A stretch of 64,000 nucleotides of DNA, from positions 38,130,001 to 38,194,000 of the forward strand of contig OZ024742.1 in NCBI GenBank assembly GCA_964016885.1. Reading direction: 5' to 3'. Below the pieces are notes generated by a model. The model saw only the letters and a list, made by a program, of their open reading frames with translations. It did not search any database and was not told where the DNA came from. Of this stretch, positions 39,318 through 52,234 are shown in pieces. How positions within the stretch are numbered: the stretch's first letter is position 1; each line of letters starts with the position of its first letter. The position numbers and the translations under genes are program-made. Source of the DNA: Eledone cirrhosa. Taxonomy: Eukaryota.

Positions 39318-42300
39318 TCAGGCATTTGCTACCAGTTCATCCAAAGACCTGGGCTGTGCTCCCGCAAAGGGTGCTCTACGCCTTGGCCGACCAGGCCCGA
39401 AACCCAGGTTAATTAGACTGTCGTTTTCAAACTCGGCTGAGGCACGTTCATACCTTGTAGCCTCTGATAAAGCTAGGCGTGAAAGTCGGATTGCTTTCCG
39501 AACACGTCCTGGTCTTCCACCTGATGTCCGCCCAAAGTTGCGTGCTGCAGCTTCCCTAAACCGCAGCTCGGCAGAACATGAAAGCTTCAGCCTACGAGAT
39601 GATGGGCAGATATGGAGGTTTGTTAAGGCTGGCGAATCATGGAAAAGAGACACCAGCTGGTCTGAAAACAGTGTACCCACAACAACTGACAATAAAGAAA
39701 CTGAAAAAACTCTGGGAAACTAAATCAGAACAACCTGCCATCCCCTGCACATAATCATAGACTGGAATCAAAGTACAAACTGTTGTCCTTGAATGCACGT
39801 AGTCTATGCAATAAGATTCATCTTTTTGACTCCTACGTCAAAAGTATCAACCCGGACTTCATTACAGTCACGGAAACTTGGGCACATCCCTTACTCTGTG
39901 ATGGGGTTTTCAGCATGACTGGCTACAACCTGTTTCGTAAAGACCGTATTAATCGTCGTGGTGGTGGTGTAATGGTCTACGTTCGGTCAAATCTGTCGGC
40001 AATTCCTTGTGCTGATTTGAACCAATCACAGCAGGAAGTTTTTTTCTGCGATATACGTATGACCATGTCAACACTGCTACTTGGAGTCGTTTACCGTCCC
40101 CCAAATTACCATCAGGACACTCAACTTTGTGATATCCTCAGAGCTGCTGCCAGGAAGACAGCCACTTATGTTTTCATTGCAGGTGACTTCAATCACCCTG
40201 AGATTGACTGGGAGACCTTTCGTTGGCCGCCAAGTGCAAATGACTTCCTTGAGCTGGTGCTGGACTCGAGTTGGTCCCAGGTGGTCACCTCCCCAACGAG
40301 AGGTGACAACACTTTGGACCTACTCTTCACCACTACTCCTGAAACGGTCATTAGTGTTACTGCTGAGGAACCTTTAGGTGACTCTGATCATGCTATGATC
40401 ATTGCCAATCTATCCCTCATGGGCAGTAACAAGAACCACAACCATCTCCAAACTGCTCACTTTGACTGGAATAGAGCAGACTGGAACTGTTACTGCACCG
40501 AGTTGCAACGGCCAAACTGGCTTGAGTTCTATGACTCTGGAGATGTCAACACTGTACTCCAGAACATCCTGAGCTCAATATAGACAGCATGTGCAGCATC
40601 GGTGCCACGTAAGCGGAAAAAACATCCTAAAAGCGCAATTTGGGAGACTGCAGCAGTCCGTCTTGCCAGAAAAGAACGGCGCAATGCTGAACGTGAGTAC
40701 AAACTTCACAAATCAGACATTAATAGGAAGAGGCGAAATAGATCGTCCAACCACCTCAAACAGGTGACAAAAAAGGCAGTGCTTCAATTTGAGCAGCGCA
40801 TAGCAACCAGCCCTGACAGTAAGGTGTTCTGGAAGTATGTTCACTCAAAGCAGAGGCCTCACTCTCCAGTTGGTCCTCTTCGCAATCCCCACACAAGCCA
40901 GGTTACTGACGACCCCAAGGAATGCGCAGAGCTCATTGCTGAATGCTATGCAGGCATTTTCACCATTGAAGACCAGAGTGTACCATCTCCACCACCTATG
41001 ACACCGGACTCTATTACAACCATGGAATTTACACCTGCAATGCTGCGACGTCACCTAAAAAATAAACGCAACCATGCCTCTCCTGGTCTTGATGGTGTTA
41101 CGTACCTGCTTCTTAAACGTGGTGGGTACTTCCTTCTACGCCAGTTATCACGCTTCTTCCAATTCTGTCTGAACAACAGTGCTACTCCAGAACAGTGGAA
41201 AACTGCCAGTGTAATTCCTCTGTTCAAAAAGGGTGACCGCACATCACCTGTGAACTATCGTCCAGTCAGTCTTACTAGTTGCATCGCCAAACTGATGGAA
41301 TCCTGTGTCAGAGAAACACTTTGGAACTTCTGGAGCTCTCACAGTCTTATCCGGCCTTCGCAATTTGGATTTATCCCCAACTCCAGCTGCTGTGATCAAC
41401 TTATAGAGTTTCTTGAGGACATCACCCGGATCACTGATGGCGGCTCATGGGTGGATGTTGTTTACCTTGACTTTGCGAAGGCCTTCAATTCTGTGCCGCA
41501 CAAAAGGCTTATGGCAAAACTCTCTGCAATGGGTGTGAAGGATGATCTTTTTAACTGGTTGAAGTCCTTCATTCTCAGTCGAAGAGAGGTAGTCACGGTT
41601 CTGGGACAGCATTCCTCACCATATGAGATGTCATCTGGTGTACCTCAGGGATCTGTTCTTGGCCCCCTTTTGTTTGTGGCATATATTAATGACATAGATG
41701 CCAACTTAAGGAATGCCACAGTACTAAAGTACGCAGACGACATCAAGCTGTACCTTGAGATAAAAAGGACAGATCCTGAACACTATAGATCTTGCTTGCA
41801 GTCTGACCTGGACACAATGCAACAGTGGATCTCAGACTGGCAACTCAAGCTAGCTGTGGACAAGTGCACCACCATGCATTTTGGGAGTAAAAACCCAGCG
41901 TCCACATATTCCCTCCACAGCACTAATATCAAGAAGTCTTCCTGTGAACGTGACCTGGGCATTACGGTCAGCAGCGATTTGCGTTGGACGAGGCACGTCT
42001 CTAAAATTGTCAAGAGGGCCGAGGGTGTCTTAGCATCACTCAGCAAGACCTTTGTCAGCCGCTCTCCAGATATCTATTTAAGGCTGTATACAGCTATGGT
42101 GCGACCACACTTAGAATTTGCATCACCAGTCTGGAACCCCTATCTTGCTCAGGACATTGACCGCCTGGAAACTGTTCAGAGACGTGCAACCAAGCGAATA
42201 CCCTCCATCAGGCATCTACCATACTCTGATCGCCTTGCTTCCCTGGGCATGGATTCATTGAAGCTCCGACGCCTGGCAACTGACTTGGTAAACACCCACA

Positions 42301-42660
42301 AAATTGTTAACCATGTTGCCAACAACAACCCTGAGTGCCTTTTCGATTTCCATGTGTCTAACACACGTGGACATGCCCACAAAGTAAGAAAACAGCACAG
42401 TTCCCATGACTTTCGGAAACATTTTTTCACGCTCAGAGTTGCTGAAGCATGGAACAAACTACCTGCATCAGTTGTTAGCTGTCGAGACGCTGCATCCTTT
42501 AAGGCCTCCATGCTTCCCGAGATCCGCCAACACTACAGCTAACACATACAAACATGTACTTCCCTGGCATTTGTGTATTATTCTATGTACTATATTGACG
42601 AGTTGTAGTGCACCTGAGCACTTTACACAATAATTTCATTATTATCATTATTATTATTAT
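39318..42660 (+). mobile_element. CR1-clade LINE, 5'-truncated within ORF1, near-intact ORF2
   Basis: ORF1 tail (RLGRPGPKPRLIRLSF) ends at 39723. APE endonuclease (NARS, VTETW, GDFN, SDH) and RT (LDFAKAF, GVPQGSVLGP, YADD) share one frame broken only by TAG 40581-40583. (TAT)n tail; inserted into a SINE. Confidence 0.95.
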
Positions 42661-42854
42661 AATAAAATAAATGCTGGGATTGATATGATCAACTAAATAA
42701 AAGCAGTGATCCAGCATGTTTACAGTCTGACAGAAACCAGTAAAAGAAAATGAAATGTATGAGTAAGACATGGTTATCTGTTACGTCTTGTCAACCAGTT
42801 CAACTCATGCCACCATGGAAAACAGACAAAATGATGATGACACTCTATATCAAT

Positions 42855-44555
42855 AAATTTATGAAAGTAACAGAAAGAGTTATAGCACAGTTGATTAGGG
42901 ACCGGGTGAAAATAGACGAGATGCAATTTGGGTTTGTACCAGGAAGAGGCACCACTGATGCCCTCTTCCTTGTGAGGCAGTTACAGGAAAAGTACCTAGC
43001 TAAAAGTAAGCCACTCTACCTGGCATTTTTCGACCTTGAGAAAGCCTTTGACAGAGTTCCACGTGCTGTAATCTGGTGGGCTCTTAGAAAACTAGGAGTA
43101 GATGAATGGCTTGTGAAAGCGGTACAAGCCATGTATAGGGGAGCAGTCAGCAAAGTTAGGATTAGCAATGAGTATAGCGAGGAATTTAGCATACAGGTCC
43201 ACCATGGCTCTGTTCTTAGCCCCCTCCTGTTCATCATAGTCCTGCAGGCAATAACGGAGGAGTTTAAGACCGGATGCCCATGGGAACTCCTGTATGCTGA
43301 TGACCTCGCACTTATAGCTGAATCTATGGTAGAACTAGAGAATAAATTCCAAACTTGGAAGCAGGGACTAGAAAGAAAGGGTCTCAAAGTCAACATGACA
43401 AAGACTAAGGTCCTTGTAAGTAGACGAGAAAACAGAACCCAGATCCCCTCAGGGAAATGGCCTTGCTCAGTATGTAGGAAAGGTGTAGGTAGGAACTCCA
43501 TTCTCTGCCCCAAATGCAAACAATGGGTACACAAGAGATGTAGCGGGATCTCAGGAAGCTTAATTAAGAATGTAGGCTTCACATGCAGCAGCTGTGCTGG
43601 GACAGCAAGCAGCCACAGGAAACAAGTACCACCAATCTCTGGGAGGGCTCTGTAGAAACAGTAGACAGCTTCTGCTACCTAGGTGACCGAATTAGCAGCG
43701 GAGGTGGGTGTTCAGAAAGTACAATAACTAGGGTAAGAACGGGATGGAAGAAGTTTAGGGAACTACTACCACTGCTAGCTGCAAAAGGCTTTTCCCTCAG
43801 AATGAAAGGCAGACTGTATGATGCGTGTATCCGAACAGCAATGTTGCATAGTAGTGAGACCTGGGCGCTGAAGGTGGAAGACTTACGTAGATTAGAGAGA
43901 AACGAAGCCTGCATGCTCCGATGGATGTGTAACAGTAATATACATGAATGGCAAAGCATAAATGAATTGAGAGAGAGACTGAGCATAAGAGGAATCAAAT
44001 GCTGTGTGCAGGAGAGGCGGTTGCGCTGGTATGGACATGTGATGCGTATGAAGGATGACAGCTGCATAAAAAGGTGCAGAGCACTAGAAGTCGATGGAAA
44101 CCGCGGAGTGGGGAGACCCAAGATGACCTGGGATGAGGTGATAAAAGCTGACCTTACTCAATTACACCTCTCAAAGGCAATGACACACGACCGTGACCTC
44201 TGGTGTCACGCAGTAATACAGAGTACCCGACCTCCCATGGGTACAAGCTGAAGCATATAGACAATATGCCCCCACACCCCCACCGCAAGGTGGTCGTGGA
44301 GGTGCCACGGCAAAAAAGCACCCAGCCCACACTGTAAAGTGGACGTGTAGGCACCACGAAAAAGCACCCAGCACTCACTGTAAATGAGGTTGGTGTTAGG
44401 AAGGCCATCCAGCTGTAGAAATCAAGCAAAATCAGTTCCTGTATGAGCAAGGCATGGTCAGCCGACCAGACACTGCCCACAACAGGACAACCCGTCTAAT
44501 CCATGCTAGCGTGGAAGAACGGACGTAAAACGGTGATGATGATGATGATGATGAT
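42855..44555 (+). mobile_element. RTE-clade LINE, 5'-truncated
   Basis: QFGF, DLEKAFD and LLYADD motifs; Cys-rich insert; RLRWYGHV and RGVGRP; one frameshift near 43600; (GAT)n tail. Confidence 0.93.
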
Positions 44556-44683
44556 ATCTTATGTAAAAGAAATGCCATTTTCAGATAATGTTTCTCCATA
44601 AATATCATACTGGTTTCTCTCCTGTACTGATATATTTGAGTCAATGTAAACAACTATGTAATGAGAATGTTTTAATACAGATG

Positions 44684-45688
44684 TCAGTGGTGTGCTTTAT
44701 CTCCTGTGTGGATAGGTTTGTGAGAAGATAAGTCTCTCCTTCGAGTAAACGTTTTATCACAGTGGTATGGCTTTTCTTCCGTATGGATACGTTTATGTTG
44801 AGATAAATAATTAATTTGAGAAAATGTTTTACTACAGATATCACAATGGTATGGTTTCTCTTCCGTGTGGGTATGTTTGTGTGTAGAAAGTGTACTCCTC
44901 CGACAGAATGTTTTACCACAAATATCACAATGGTATGGTTTCTCTACTGTATGTATATGTTTGTGAGAAGATAAACTAAAGCTCTGAGAGAATGCTTTAC
45001 CACAGATACTACATCGGTATAGTTTTTCTCCTGTGTGAATACGTTTGTGGTTTAATAAATGGCCACCTTCAGAAAATGTTTTACCACAGATATCACAGTG
45101 ATGGGGTCTTTCTCCTGTATGGATGTGGTTATGTATAGACAAGTGATTACTTTGAGAGAATGTTTTACCACAGATATCACAGTGGTATGGCTTTTCTCCT
45201 GTATGAATATGATAGTGTACAGACAAATGAGCCCTTTGAGAGAATGCTTTACCACAGATATCACAGTGGTATGGTTTCTCTCTTGTGTGGATATGTTTGT
45301 GTTGAGATAAATGACCACTTTGAGAAAATGTTTTACCACAAATATCACAGTGATATGGTTTTTTTCCAGTGTGAACACGTTTGTGGGAAGACAAATTACC
45401 ATTTTGGGAGAATGTTTTACCACAGATATCACAGTGATATGGTTTTTCTCCTGTGTGAACACGTTTATGAGAAGAGAGACCACTACTTTTAGAAAACGTT
45501 TTACCACAAACCTCACAGTAGAAAAGCCTGGTGACTGAATGAATTAATTTATGTTGACTCAAACTATTTTGTAATGTGAATAGCTCTCCACAGATATCAC
45601 AAGGGTGTGATTTCTCTCCATTATGCTCCAGTGTCTGATCAGATGGTGATTCACTGAAAATCTGACTATTATTTAATTTCTCTTCCAT
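44684..45688 (-). CDS. C2H2 zinc-finger protein (ZNF-2), 10 intact fingers plus 1 broken
   Basis: 334-aa ATG-initiated ORF with [14 protein letters not shown] repeats; the last finger lacks its second Cys (CDKTF). Confidence 0.93.
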   Translation of the reverse strand: MEEKLNNSQIFSESPSDQTLEHNGEKSHPCDICGELFTLQNSLSQHKLIHSVTRLFYCEVCGKTFSKSSGLSSHKRVHTGEKPYHCDICGKTFSQNGNLSSHKRVHTGKKPYHCDICGKTFSQSGHLSQHKHIHTREKPYHCDICGKAFSQRAHLSVHYHIHTGEKPYHCDICGKTFSQSNHLSIHNHIHTGERPHHCDICGKTFSEGGHLLNHKRIHTGEKLYRCSICGKAFSQSFSLSSHKHIHTVEKPYHCDICGKTFCRRSTLSTHKHTHTEEKPYHCDICSKTFSQINYLSQHKRIHTEEKPYHCDKTFTRRRDLSSHKPIHTGDKAHH

Positions 45689-46149
45689 GATTTTCTCATT
45701 TAATACCTGAACCCGAAAGTATTTATTCTTATGAATTCTCTTTCCTCTGTAAATTTATAACAGAAATATTCCTAAGGCTATATTTCTGCTGTATGATTGT
45801 TTTTGTCAATGTTTGATGATGTCTCAGTTGGTGTGAAACAGTTTCAAGTAGATTTCTCAGAATAGAATGTAATTAATAACTAAAAACTAAAGGATCATTA
45901 AAATAGCTCTAATTAACAAGATATGTCCAGATATGGAAGTATTTACACATAGTACAGTAAAAACATTACAATGAATAATCTAAAGTTTATATATGTGTGG
46001 TCAATAAAGGTACTATTGTAAATAATATCAATTCCAATGAAATATTTCAAATCCATTCAATCAAGAGTTGTTGAAACAGGCTGACAACAACTTGATGGAA
46101 TTTACTCTTAAAAACTTGATAAATATGTTGACCATCTTCAGTAAAATAT

Positions 46150-46185
46150 TTTTATCTCAACGTCATCAGATAACCTTAAATATAA
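46150..46185 (-). promoter_or_regulatory. Conserved splice acceptor of the ZNF coding exon (paralogous sites near 29699, 52454 and 60161)
   Basis: Minus-strand tttaag|gttatctgatga here; ttttatttcag|gttatctgatgat at 52454 and 60161; tttcag|aatatcagatga at 29699. Confidence 0.7.
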
Positions 46186-46278
46186 AGATAACATAAAACA
46201 AAGGATAATGAGATGGATGTGGGTGTTGGAATGAAGACATTCAGAAATGACTAATAGCTACTATATCGTAGTCTACAG

Positions 46279-46478
46279 CAAGCATATCAAACAAGCGGCC
46301 CTTTACAAGCACACCTGCGGCTCATACAAAGGTTTTTACAACGTGAGCATGTTTTATCTTCGTAATATAAAATAAAACGAATTGTTGTAATGTGCACAAT
46401 TAGTTGTCGTGTGTGGCCCTCAGACAACATAGATGTGACCCATGTGGCCCTCGAGGGACCTTCAATTTGACATGCCTG
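46279..46478. mobile_element. hAT MITE in the ZNF-2 intron
   Basis: TIRs CAAGCATATCAAA / TTTGACATGCCTG; exact 8-bp TSD GTCTACAG; empty sites in paralogous introns near 52681 and 60331. Confidence 0.88.
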
Positions 46479-47257
46479 GTCTACAGAACATTACTAGAAC
46501 ATATTAAAATTATTATATCTTCCATGTGATTCTCATATACGTTAAAATCAACTTTCTATGTTTTTGTTACTCATTATTCATTTATGTTTACGGAAACATG
46601 GTTTATTTGTAACATGTTTCACTAAGCCTCCTCACCTCCTCAAACCATTCACACAAAATCTCATGTAGATGACATCATAGACACATCCTTCAACTATTCC
46701 CCAGACACGGCTGCACAGTTACTCCGACCTAACATCATCTGGCTCCAAAACATTTCTTCTATAGCTTCATTAGACGATTGAGAGTGACGCCCATGAACCT
46801 TTGTAGGGCCTCCGAGAAGAGGCAACTGCATGTATTGTTATAGAAGAAAGCGGCGTTTCACAATATCGTGTCTTCAAACAAGACTTAAGGCACTAATGGC
46901 ACCCAATGACCCGCTGGCAGGGTGAAAAGCTGGGCAACGGATTAAAGTAACAACTACAAAATTTTACGTCTCCCTTGTTACTAGCGACACAAGATAACAC
47001 CAAATACAACCAGCCACAACACACAGTAACATAATTTATACTGTTACACTCAACAACACATACCACCACACTCAACAACGTAATTATACAACCACACTCA
47101 ACAACATAAACATACCTGAGCCAACGTGGGTCGGTCGACCTGCTAAAAATAGCAGGCAGACTATATGTGGATCATATCACGTCGATCTACCCACGACCTC
47201 CATGTCATAACCCCGGGCTAAATCATAACGTCAACAACAACCTAACAAAGCTAGACA

Positions 47258-47660
47258 TCAGCCATACTTTCGTACAACACTTCGTATTTCTTCTTATATT
47301 TCAATCAGTTTAGTTTTGTGATATGCAATGTCAGTGACAGATGTATATAAAAAAGTTCTTATTTGAGATAAACATTGCTCTATTCATAATACTTACAGAA
47401 CAACATAGCGTGAAAGTGAAATATGTTGACATCACCTCAAATAGTCAAACATGAGGAAGTCATTGAGAACGATGAAAATTTCGTCTTAACTCTTCAGTTT
47501 CTTTCTAATAAAAACATAAATGCAAACATCAATAACCACGAACTATGTATACATTTTTAATCGTCACCTCTTGATTAAAAACTGATTATATAAGAATATA
47601 TAAAGAGTGTTAGTAATCAGCCGATAGACTAGCAATTCTTTATCAAGGAGAAATAACTCT
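47258..47660 (-). promoter_or_regulatory. Putative non-coding first exon and promoter of ZNF-2 (donor GTAAGT at 47396-47391)
   Basis: Block is homologous to 55298-55690 and conserves the donor site. Confidence 0.6.
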
Positions 47661-48759
47661 CTTTTCCTAATCTTTAAAGTAATTAGTGCTTACAGCAGTT
47701 CGAAATAGCGTGAATTTAGTATTTAGCATGAAAGTACTTTTGCACTAAATACTTCTGAAGAAGTATCAACACTGAAACTTGGAAGTCATTGCCACTGTTT
47801 TCTCCCAAAAATAAATCTTATATTTCGCTCACATGTTTTCAGTGCTCATTTAGTTTATGTTTAAATGTTCTATGTATCCCTCTACATAAATATAGCGAAA
47901 TAGCTAGATATGCTGACATCTATGAAACAACGGGAAATGAAGAAATAAGTCGAATTGTTAATGTAAATACTCTCCGCTTCCATATTGAGTGCTGATTGCA
48001 CCTTTCTTTCGCTAGTATGTATGCAAAAGGTTAACGAGTAAAAAAAAAAGGATAACGATGCAATACAATGATGATATATATTAGCTTAATACCTTAGATA
48101 GTAGGAAGGGTCTGAACGTTTCCGACGTTAGTCCTTTATCAGAAGAAATAGAAAGATAGATAAGAGCAAGAAGATGAAGAAATTGACATATATATAATAT
48201 ATAAATATGTGTTCACATATATTAGTTGATGCACACGAAAAAAACCCAAGAATAATAATTATTTCCAACCAAACTCAAGGTTGGTGTAGATCTGCGAAAC
48301 TCCAATGGACTTTCCGTTCTCTTTCCCCCTCCTATGTCTACAAACCTAGTCGTTTCCGATTAGTTTGGAGGTCATATTCGTAGATAACACGTGAAAAAAA
48401 AATCGTAGAGATAACTCCGAGGTGGGGGTGATCACCTACCCATTCCGTTTTCCTGGGAAAGAAATTCGATTGCAAAAATCTTGGAGGTTAGATTAGTTGA
48501 TAGCACACGAAAAGACGGAGGAAAAAAACGTTTTTCCCGCTGAAATTGAAGATTTTTTGGCTGGATCCCCAAACGTGACCAACTGAGCTCATGAATGTTA
48601 TTGCTCAGGGTCTCTTGCCAGTTGGATTTGCACGTAAAATCTGTTTAGCTATTCTTTCTTTAGAAATTCTAACCACGTCCATCATACTGGAGTTATTATC
48701 TCTCGATTTGGAAAAGTACCAGATCTACCAGGAGCGATTCCTTGATCGTTGAACTACAC

Positions 48760-49610
48760 ACTATAGAGTAATGTTACTCCAAAGACCCTTCAGAACCCCA
48801 TTTCGGCCACTTGTATACGTGATCGTATTCATTGAGTTATTACCCAAGATTCCTGATCATAGGTAAGGGTAGATATGAACACCTAACTGAAGACAAATAG
48901 TTTAGCTTTTATACCTACCTACCTTCTTCTGATGACTGAATGCTGAAGCTGCCATCCATCACTTGTGAAAATGGTCCCAAGATACTTGAACTTATCCATC
49001 GGCTTCAGTGTTACTCCACTCACATGCTTTCTTGGGAGGACAAGTGTCTGAGTCTTTGCAACATTGATTTTCATTCTTGTAGTTCAGCACTTGGCAGCAA
49101 GCCTGTCCAGTGCATGCCAGAGATCATCTCTCAATGAATTAAATAACACTATGTTGTCTGCAAATTCCAGCCGACTGGTCCTACATCCACAGGTTTTTAT
49201 ACCATTTCCAACCCGACTGTGCATTTCAATGCTGTTCATGAAGATTATGAACAGAGAACTGACAATACACACTCTTGGCAGAGTCCAATACTCACATCGA
49301 ATGGTTTCAACTTAGCACCATTTATCTGAACACAAATACTAGGGACTTCAAAGCAACAAGAAGCTGTCCATTGATCCAATACTCCTATAGAACCTTCCAC
49401 AACTAGTCTTAAGGTCCATGAAACAAGCACACACACTCGTTGCATTACTCCCACGATTTCTTGAAAACCTGCAGCTGAGTGAACATTTGGTTGAATGTGC
49501 TGTTCAGAGCAAAAAAACCATACTGTTGGTCAGCCAGCTTAAACTCAACAGTACCCCTACATCTCTTTGCTAGACACTTAGTATAGACTTTACCTGGTAA
49601 GCTTAAATTC
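48760..49610 (-). mobile_element. Degraded RTE-like RT fragment (different family)
   Basis: CVLSSLFIIFM...LEFADNIVL and FKYLG-like motifs on the minus strand. Confidence 0.65.
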
Positions 49611-49857
49611 TTTTGTTTCTAATGAACTAAAAAAAAACATTGCCTCATAAAGAGAAGTTGTTAGCTTGAATATCCTGGGTAGCATGCAAATCTGACTGAT
49701 GCAGATTTGAAAAGAATTTTGGAGATTCTTCAAAGGATCAAAATTTTCATTTGGTTTTATAACATTTTGTCACATGACTGAATATCTCTAGAACGTTTTA
49801 TGTAAATCTGTGATTGAATTAACTTGAAAAAAGCTTATAATAAATAAGAACATAAAT

Positions 49858-50170
49858 TGGAGGCACATGGCTTAGTGGTTAGAGCATTGGCCTTGCAATC
49901 GAAAGGTTGTGAGTTCAATTCTCAGACCGGGTGATGTGTTGCTTCCTTGAGCAAGACACTTTATTTCACATTGTTCCAGTTTACTCAGCTGTAGAAATGA
50001 GATGATAGGGACTGGGGTCCATATCATTCCACTGCAAAAAAGCACCCAGCACTCACTGTAAATGAGGTTGGTGTTAGGAAGGGCATCCAGCTATAGAAAT
50101 CAAGCCAAAATCAGTTCCCGTCCCACCCTTGCAAGCAGGGAAAAAGCGGATGTAAAATGAAATGATGAAA
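49858..50170 (+). mobile_element. tRNA-derived SINE with a V-domain-like core and an RTE-derived tail
   Basis: TGGCTTAGTGG A-box, GAGTTCAATTC B-box and CCTTGAGCAAGACAC; 50035-50120 nearly identical to 44360-44440. Confidence 0.7.
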
Positions 50171-51220
50171 TGATAAATTAAAGGATAAAATAAATTAACC
50201 TTATTTCTAATGAAATACACTCAATTTCAACTAAATTAAGATTATTAACGATTTCATTAATAAGATAATAACTTTACATATGATTCATATATAAAATTAT
50301 ATTGAAAGTTTTTAATCTAAATAGAAACATTTTGAAATGTGTGGTTTTCTTTCATAGAACCAGAGCTGGATCTATAGATACAACATCTTTTAGAATAAAT
50401 GGAAACATATTTCATAAAAGACAACAAAAATTATTATCAAAGTTTTATTTGATATCTGAAGTATCTATATTTATTAGTTTTAATAGCATGGTGCAAGCTT
50501 GCCCAAATATAGATCTGTTGCATGATTGTTGTCATTGATTAACTAAATATCAATGTAAGTTGTATTTTATAGTTGCTATTGTAACATCTCATACCTATGT
50601 AGGTTTAGCTGATCACATACGAGGAAGCTTCCCATAGGATGTTTCTCAGGCATTTTAATGATAGAGGTGGCAATCTTACCATGACAGGTGTAAGATATGT
50701 GAATAAATTTTGTAGTACAAATACTGTAATATCATATCCTTACTCTCTTCATCATTATACACCTACATTTCCATGTTGGCATGGGTTGGACCAAGTCAGT
50801 ACTTAATCAGAGCTACTGTCCTCGATGAGACCACATGTTGCTTAATAGTTTCACATTATAGAGTGTACTAGGTGCATTTTATTATGGCACCAGTACTAGT
50901 GAGGTTGTCATATCTACATTTTTTGCAGCTGCATGCACTTTTCAACACCATACACTTTAGAGTGTACTGGGTTCATTTTATTGTGGTGCTGGCACTAGGA
51001 TGGTTATACAACCAATGTAAAGAAATACACTAATTTATGTCAAAATATATTATCTGTAGAAGTTGTTTCATGTTTCTAATAATAACTCTCCACACTGAAA
51101 ACATGTGTAATTTTTAACATTTCATCTTAGATACCAGTGTTGGGTTTCTCTCCTGTGTAAAAAAAAATGTTAATTTAGAGAGAATGATTTATAACAGATA
51201 TAACTGTGGTATACTTTCTA

Positions 51221-52234
51221 TCATGTGTGGATACATTTGTGTTTAGATAAACCACTATTCTGGCTGAAAGATTTACCACAAATATCACAATGATATGGTT
51301 TCTCTCCTGTGTGTATACGTTTGTGTCGAGATAAATTAGCACGTCTAGAAAATTTAACACCACAGATATCACAGTGATATGGTCTTTCTCCAGTGTGAAT
51401 ATGTTTATGATAAGTCACAGCATCCTTTCGTGAGAATGATTTACCACAGATATCACAAAGATATGGTTTCTCTCCTGTGTGAATATATTTGTGTTGAGAC
51501 AATAGAAAACTCGTAGAAAATGTTTCACCACAGATATCACAGTGATATGGTTTCTCTCCAGTGTGAATATGCTTGTGTTCAAATAGCTGAGAACCTCTAG
51601 AAAATGTTTCACCACAGATATTACAGAGGTGTGGTCTTTCTCCTGTGTGAGTATATATATGATGAGATAAAGTACTATTTACAGAGAATCTTTTACCACA
51701 GATAGTACATTGATATGGTTTCTCACCCGTGTGAGTACGCTTGTGTTCAGACAAATGAGAACTTGTTGAAAATGATTTGCCACAGATATTACAATGGTGT
51801 GGTTTCTCTCCTGTATGAATACGTTTGTGTTCAGATAAACTACTACTTTGAGAAAATGATTTACCACAGACATCACAGTGATATGGTCTTTCTCCTGTGT
51901 GAATACGTTTGTGTTTAGATAAAGTACTTCTATGAGAAAATGTTTTGCTACAGCTATCACAATGATATGGTCTCTCTCCTGTATGAATATGTATATGGTC
52001 AAGTAACCTACATCTTTTATTGAATATTTTACCACAATCTTCACAGTTGTACTGCTTTTGGACAGAATGAATTACCGTATGATGAAGTAAATCCTTTTTA
52101 GTGGTGAAAAACTTTCCACAGGTATAACAGGGGTGAGGTTCTTTCCTTAAATTTACTTGTATCTGATCAGATAAAGCAATATTCTCACTTTCTGTTCCAC
52201 TCATAACCTGACTCTCACATATTTTATCTTCCAT
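51221..52234 (-). CDS. C2H2 zinc-finger protein (ZNF-3), 11 fingers
   Basis: ORF 51221..52255; ATG at 52234 (MEDKICES) parallels the MEEKL and MDEKP starts of the paralogues. Confidence 0.93.
   Translation of the reverse strand: MEDKICESQVMSGTESENIALSDQIQVNLRKEPHPCYTCGKFFTTKKDLLHHTVIHSVQKQYNCEDCGKIFNKRCRLLDHIHIHTGERPYHCDSCSKTFSHRSTLSKHKRIHTGERPYHCDVCGKSFSQSSSLSEHKRIHTGEKPHHCNICGKSFSTSSHLSEHKRTHTGEKPYQCTICGKRFSVNSTLSHHIYTHTGERPHLCNICGETFSRGSQLFEHKHIHTGEKPYHCDICGETFSTSFLLSQHKYIHTGEKPYLCDICGKSFSRKDAVTYHKHIHTGERPYHCDICGVKFSRRANLSRHKRIHTGEKPYHCDICGKSFSQNSGLSKHKCIHT

Noticed and set aside
40581-40583. Programmed read-through or selenocysteine in CR1 ORF2
   Set aside because: The codon is TAG in a linker region; a post-insertion nonsense mutation is the simplest explanation.
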